A stretch of DNA of 63,998 bases, the filler included, from Basidioascus undulatus (lineage: Eukaryota): NCBI GenBank assembly GCA_000826855.1. It is 20 parts of 20 records of this genome, joined end to end, with 100 filler letters (N's around TTAATTAATTAA, not from the genome) between each part and the next. Parts side by side here need not be neighbours in the genome. Positions count along the whole stretch, not along the records: positions 58,045 to 61,143 come from JTLS01002523.1; positions 61,244 to 63,998 come from JTLS01002652.1; 18 more parts are not named here. One strand, written 5' to 3'. Within the stretch, counting starts at the first letter, position 1; each line of letters begins with the position of its first letter. The notes under the pieces were generated by a model, which saw only the letters and a list, made by a program, of their open reading frames with translations, had not been told where the DNA came from and searched no databases. Both the position numbers and the translations under genes were made by a program. Positions 58,594-63,998 of this stretch are shown piece by piece.

Positions 58594-61089
58594 TCATGAA
58601 GCCGGGTCGAACGCCGCGAACGCCTTCTTGAACGACTGCGCGTCCGCACGCTCGTCGGCCTCGCTCAGCGCGCACGCCCGCCAGTCCGTGCGTTCGGGCA
58701 TGTTGAGCAGGTTCGCGATCACTTGGCTGGAGGGATTTGGGCGCGGGGCGTCAGCGGGAAAGAACGGGAGACGGAACGGGGACTGGGTGAACGTACCGCC
58801 CGAATTGGAGGTTGAACGGCTGCGGCTGCATGATGTGCACGAGCTTCTTGCCGTCGGGTAAATCGACTGCATTACATCCGGACCAACAAAGCCGTCAGTC
58901 ATCCCCGTGCGAAGCAGTCTGCACGGCCGGCCACACTCACCGCGCAAGTAGTTCTGCCCCTCCCTCAGCTCCCTCAGCGCCTTCTCCCCGTCCTCCTCCC
59001 ACCTTACGCCGCCCCTCTCTCCCTCCTTCCTAAACGCGTCCTCAACCCTTCCCGCATCTGCCGCCGGGACCGGGCAGACCTGGACGTGGGCGTGGCCGCC
59101 GCGTCCCGTGAGGCGGCCGATCTCGAAGCTCACGAGCGCCGCGCCGTGCGAGGCGTAGCACGCGCGCAGGGCCGACTTGTAGCGCTCGATCTCGGAGATG
59201 ACCGGCGCTGCCAGCTCCGCGGGCACGGAGAGCAAAGTCGGGTAGTGCGCGATCGGGAGAATCAGGACGTGCCCGCCGCCGGGGACGAGTGGGGCGGGGT
59301 CGGAGGGGGAGGGAGGGGTCGGGGGGACTTGTCCTGCGGGACGGGTTCGTGAGCATGAGTTGTAGATGCTGATACGCTGATGAAGGGGTCGTCTTGCCTT
59401 TCGGGAGGGTGACGTAGCATTCGGATCCGATGGAGATGATGAGGTGCTTCCTGTAATTAGTAAACCATGAGATCCGGACTGTAGCGCATGGCGTGGGGCC
59501 GATACGTACGTGACCTTCGGGTTTGACAAGCAGACTGTCCATCCTTCTCATCAGCCGCGCACTTCACCACCAGCAGCTCAGAGGCAAGCAGTACTCACAC
59601 CAACACTCGTCCTGCCCGATCTCCTTGACCTCCCTCCTCGGCCCACCTCCGCGCCCACCGCCTCTCGGGCCCCCGCCGCGCCCGCGCTTCTGTGCGCCGG
59701 CGCCGTACCCGCCGCCAAAGATGTAGTTCGCCGGGCCGTCATCGAACCCCGCTGGTAGGCCCGCGGGGCGCTTCCTCCCCCGCGGCACAGCGGCGGCATC
59801 GTTGGTGGGGCCGGTCGAGAGAGGGGAGGCGGTCGTGCCTGCTGGTCGGGGCGCGGTGGGGGCGGTGGAGGATGTGGGCGTGATGGAGAAAGCGTAGAAC
59901 CACTGTTTTTTTTCCAATCCCGGATCCGTCAGCGTATACGGAACGCGACGATTTACACTACCAAGGAAGTCGTGCGACTCACGCGCTCCTTCCTTACCCC
60001 ACCAAACTCTCCCAAGCTAACGAACCGCGTCACGTGCTCGCCGTCCTCCACCTTCGTCCAGAACGGCTCCCTCTCCCAGAACGCGCCCTCCCCGCCGGAG
60101 AAGCAGTATCGCGGGCGGGCCTTGCGGAGCGCCTCGCCGACGGGCGGGGCGCCCCACGCCTGCGCGGGGAGGCCGTCCGGCCGGATTGGCAGCGGCTTGG
60201 AGGAAAGGAGTGTGATGGAGGACGGCCAGGCGTGCGTGAGTAGGATGTCCACTGGCGCGGAGGCCGCGCTGGACGCGCTCGAGGCGGCGCGCGCGGAGGC
60301 GAGGGTCGCGGGAGCGCTGGAGGAGGCGCGAGGGGTCGGAGGCGCGACGAGGTTGGTGAAGGACGAGAGGGTGTGGGTCGTGATGTAGGGGGTGGTAGGC
60401 TGATGTGATAGAGCATGAGCATCTCGTGAGCCAGTTCAAGGAAGAAATATAGTGTTAGGAACACGAACCTCGTCAGATTCGGGCGTGGATCCGAACTTGC
60501 CGAGGTCGTACTCGCCGCCGAACGCGGCAATCTTGATGCCCTGACTCGTAGTCACGACGCCAGTTTTGCCTGAGTGCCAGTTCGGTCAGATACATGCTCT
60601 CAGGGTAAGTTGGCCGAATGAAAGACTCACCTAGGTAGAAGAGCCCCTCGGTGATCATCCCTCCCGTCTCCGTCGCTCGCTCTTGGATCACAGGGGGGAG
60701 CGGGTTGGCGCCGAGGGTGAAATACGTAGGGATGGGAGCTGTAGTACCAACCTCCTCTAGTCCAAGTCCTCTTCACGCACGAGTGTTGGAAGGCTGTACG
60801 CACGTTGCAGCTTCCCATCAAGCAAGTCCTTCACGTCCGCTGAGACCTCCTCCGCCTCAGCGGGCGGGCCAAAGAAGTCCCCAGAGACCAGGAGAATGTC
60901 GAATTTGCCATGCTTGGCGTCGATGACTTTCGCTTTGGCAAAGAGGTCCGCGATGCGCCCGAAGGGCGAGCCGACCGTCAGCCTGCCGGAATGGGAGCAG
61001 AGGAGTCAGTCATGCGGGCAAGGCAGCGATGGCGCAGAGGTCGCTGCGTACACCTTAACCGGCGTCGGTGCAAGCGTCGTGGTCGCCAT
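58594..61089 (-). CDS. CWF19-like protein 1 (Drn1/Mug161-like; pseudo-metallophosphoesterase + CwfJ domains), complete, multi-exon
   Basis: KHGKFDILLVSGDFF, PIPTYF, VDILLTHAWP, RPRYCF…FWEREPF…TRFVSLG, WFYAF, CWFCLSNP, GHVLILPIAHYP, HAHVQVCPVP. Confidence 0.93.
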
Positions 61090-61293
61090 TCCCGATGAAA
61101 AGGCGAGCAAATGGGTGAGAGTCGCGGGGGAGATGAACGCGTGNNNNNNNNNNNNNNNNNNNNNNNNNNNNNNNNNNNNNNNNNNNNTTAATTAATTAAN
61201 NNNNNNNNNNNNNNNNNNNNNNNNNNNNNNNNNNNNNNNNNNNGGACGGGATGGGAATGGAGAGAAGTAAGTAGGAACAACCGAAGAACGCAC

Positions 61294-62106
61294 CTCCGCC
61301 TGCAACCTCGCCAACTTCCTCCTCAGCCGCTCCGCCTCGCTCAAGCCCTCCTCATTCTCATCTTCGATCTTCACGGCGCGCCCCTCCTTCTTTACCTCCC
61401 CCCCTCCCACGCCGACGCCCTCATCCAATTCCCGATCCAGCCTCTCCCTCTCCTCCTCTGGCGTCTTCTCCTTCCCTCCGTCCTTCCCCGCCTCCTTCTC
61501 GCCACGCTCCATCTCCTCCCGCACCCTCCTCAAGCGCCCCATAACCTCCTTCTTCTCCTCCGGCTTGAGCGTCCCGCTCGACAGCCTGCCAAGAAGCATT
61601 TTCTGCTCTGCGATCTGCTGCGAGAGGCGCGCCTGTTTTGCCGCGAGGCGGGCGCCGGGAGCGTTGGGGTCTGGCTTTGGCGGGCGGGGGGCGGTGGGGA
61701 AGGTCGAGGAGGGGAGCTGGGGCGTAGATGTGGACGTGTGCGAGTATGGGGGAAGGACAAGCGTCGTCTGCGGACTCGCGTCCCCCACGCGGCTCCAAAA
61801 CACCTTTACGAACCGATTCCCGAAGATCGGCTCGGGGCTATTGTACGCCGCCTGCGCGTCCTCCCTCGTAACGAACGTGACAAAAGCCTTGCACCCGTTC
61901 TTCCCCGGCGGGTCGACGCGCACTTCGCGCACCTTCCCAAAGCGCGCGAAGAACGCGCCGACGTTGGCGGGCGGGGAGGCGTGAAGAAGCGGGATGTGGT
62001 CCACGCAGATGGTCGTGTTCGTGCGGTGCGCGGGGTTGAAGGGGTTCGTGGTTGGTGGAAGAGAGGCAGAGCGGCGAGGTTCACAGTCGACGGATTGAGT
62101 TCTCAT
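61294..62106 (-). CDS. RBM26/RBM27 (Rmn1)-like RRM + coiled-coil protein, apparently without PWI/CCCH N-terminus; 3' truncated
   Basis: NTTICVDHIP…FFARFGKV…AFVTF…AQAAYNSPEPIFGNRFVKVFW, then QIAEQKMLLGRL and ERLDRELD. The start ATG is uncertain. Confidence 0.75.
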
Positions 62107-62884
62107 CCAGCGGGATTGAAGGGGTTTGTGGTTGTTGGAAGAGAGGCAGAGAGCTCTACGTATTGCAGTGCTTCCTGGCGGGTTCATCGAGCAAGAGAAC
62201 AGGCTGGAGTGACATTGCCATGGACGATAGCTCGTGCATATTGCAATTGAAAGATGTGCTGCCTGGTTGCTGAGATAGCTGGAAAGCAGCGTCATGCATC
62301 GATAAAACAGCAAGCTCTGTCTCAGGAAGCTGTCAGTTTGAGTAACATGAGATTCTGTGAGACGGCAGTCCAGCCTCGTGCAGTTCAAGAAGGGTGGCAG
62401 GGCTCGGAGGATTCGCTGAAGGCGCTGCTGTGACAGCCAAGGTTAGTACTGTAGTGTTGGGTGCCTGCCCCTTCCTTGCATACCCTCCGACTCATTAAAT
62501 GCTTAACCTTCCCTCGATATTCCTTGAACTGGCCAGTGGGAGTGAATGCAGCTTGCAGTCGAGTCGACTCGGGGATGCGCACAGCTTTCACCTGCGCGCT
62601 GCGTTGCTATGCCTCTTCCCCCCAAACAATGTGATGCATGTACCTCATCTTCTTTTCCAACCCAAAAGATGCAATTTGAAACATAACTCCTTGACTGACT
62701 GCAACGGACCTCAATTTCTCAGACGCAACAGGCTCAGCGTGCGGACGCCTCTTGATTCAACCGCGCACCGCCTGCTTCGTCCTGACCTTCATCGTCTCCC
62801 CTGACCACCGCCTCCTCCTCCGATATAACCCCTACCCTCCAGACCTTCCCTTCATCTCCCCATCGACCCTGCCTACTGCGGCGC

Positions 62885-63998
62885 ATGCGCTTCTTCACGC
62901 CCGAGCTTCCCGACGCTTCTCAGCGCGCCGCCGAAGTGTTGCAGACGTTCCTCCGCGCGGGGGAGATCCCGCCTGCGGTGCTCGCCCAAGCTGCCGGCCT
63001 CGCAGTCTATTCCGTCTACCGTGTACGCTTTTTATCCTTTCCTCTTTCCCTTAAGTCTTCCCCGCGGCTCACCGTACTCCCCATAGGCCGGCCTAGTGCA
63101 CACAGTCCGCGCGGGCACCGGCGTGGTCCTCTCGCGCCTCCCCTCGGGGCAGTGGTCCGCGCCGAGCGCGATCATCCTAGGCGGGACGGGCGTGGGGTGG
63201 GCCATTGGCGTCGAGTCGACGGACTTTGTGATTGTACTCAATCGCCGTGAGGCGGTGCGCGCGTTCGAGAGCTTGGGGCAGATCGCGGTGGGGGGCAGCT
63301 TGAGCGTCAGCGCTGGGCCGAAGGGACGGGGCTGGGAGGGCAGCGCGGGCGTGAATCAGAGGGGAGAGGTGTCTGCTATGTGAGTGCGCGTGGTTGATAC
63401 TTTGGGAGAAGGCACAGCGGTGCTGAGGATGGTTCGGGACGCATTCAGGTTCTCCTACTCCCGCTCGAGAGGCGCCTTCGCGGGGGCGTCCGTAGAAGGT
63501 ACACCTACTTCTCCTTGTTTACAGCCCCTCCAGCTCATTCTTAGCACTGAACTCGGGTTGCTTGAACCTCCGCAGGAACCATCATCGCCGCCCGGAATGA
63601 CGCGAACCACCGCACGTACGGCGGGCCCAACCCGCCTTCTCCCGCCGAGATCTTTTCGCGTCCCTACCCGCCGCCGCCTTTCCCCCAGTCTCTACGAGAA
63701 GTGCTCGAGAGCGTCACCGGCCCGGGACAGCCTCACCCACAACAACCGCACCATCAGCCCTACGCGCAGCCGCACCACCCACCCTCTCCCCGGCCCATCT
63801 CCCCCTTCTACCACGCACCTCCAGCGGGGTTCCAGGGCCAGCACGCGCCGCCGCATATGCTCTCTCCGCCGCTCTCACCGCCCACTCCGCCGGGCGTATA
63901 TTCCCCGCATTGTGTACCTTCTTCACCAGCGTTCTCTCACGCCCCTCCATCTCCCCAACCGCCCACCCAATTGCACGAACATCAGCGCCGGCGAGACG
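62885..63998 (+). CDS. Ysc84/SH3YL1-type SYLF (YAB) domain protein, 3' truncated
   Basis: IPPAVLAQAAGLAV, RAGTGVVLSRLPSGQWSAPSAI, TDFVIVLN…AVRAF, SVSAGPKGR, FSYSRSRGAFAGASVEG, RNDANHRTYG. Confidence 0.92.

Noticed and set aside
3166..61243. Regularly spaced TTAATTAATTAA motif, and apparent gene clustering across the window
   Set aside because: Artificial N-padded linkers join unrelated contigs, so neither the periodicity nor neighbourhoods across spacers are biological.

Overview
The window is not one locus. It is a concatenation of 20 short (~3.1 kb) contigs joined by 19 artificial 100-nt spacers (44 N + TTAATTAATTAA + 44 N), with an Illumina adapter remnant at 1-15. The DNA is GC-rich, intron-dense fungal nuclear sequence, most likely a basidiomycete (short introns with GTGCGT/GTACGT/GTGAGT donors and CTGAC/CTAAC branch points). 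Recognisable genes are PKC1, TFB4, NAP1, INH1, a CWF19L1/DRN1-like gene, a DUF89/ARMT1 phosphatase, a PRISE-type SDR, ketopantoate reductase, a 2-hydroxyacid dehydrogenase, a Ysc84/SYLF protein, an ADF-H+PH protein and an RBM26-like RRM protein; many are cut by contig ends. There are six tRNA gene calls, several pseudogenes or gene fragments, and a nested Ty1/copia relic cluster. The most notable observations are: (1) an in-frame spliced fusion of a C-terminally incomplete YMR226C/YdfG-type SDR to an MBIP-like protein; (2) an array of about 16 small NCCG-loop hairpins whose stems covary; (3) a 2-nt microexon needed to keep frame in the PRISE gene; (4) a copia element with a half-tRNA-iMet PBS and two tandem gag modules; (5) sharply bounded CpG-free tracts. 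All family assignments come from motif recognition by eye, not database searches, and gene neighbourhoods across spacers are meaningless.
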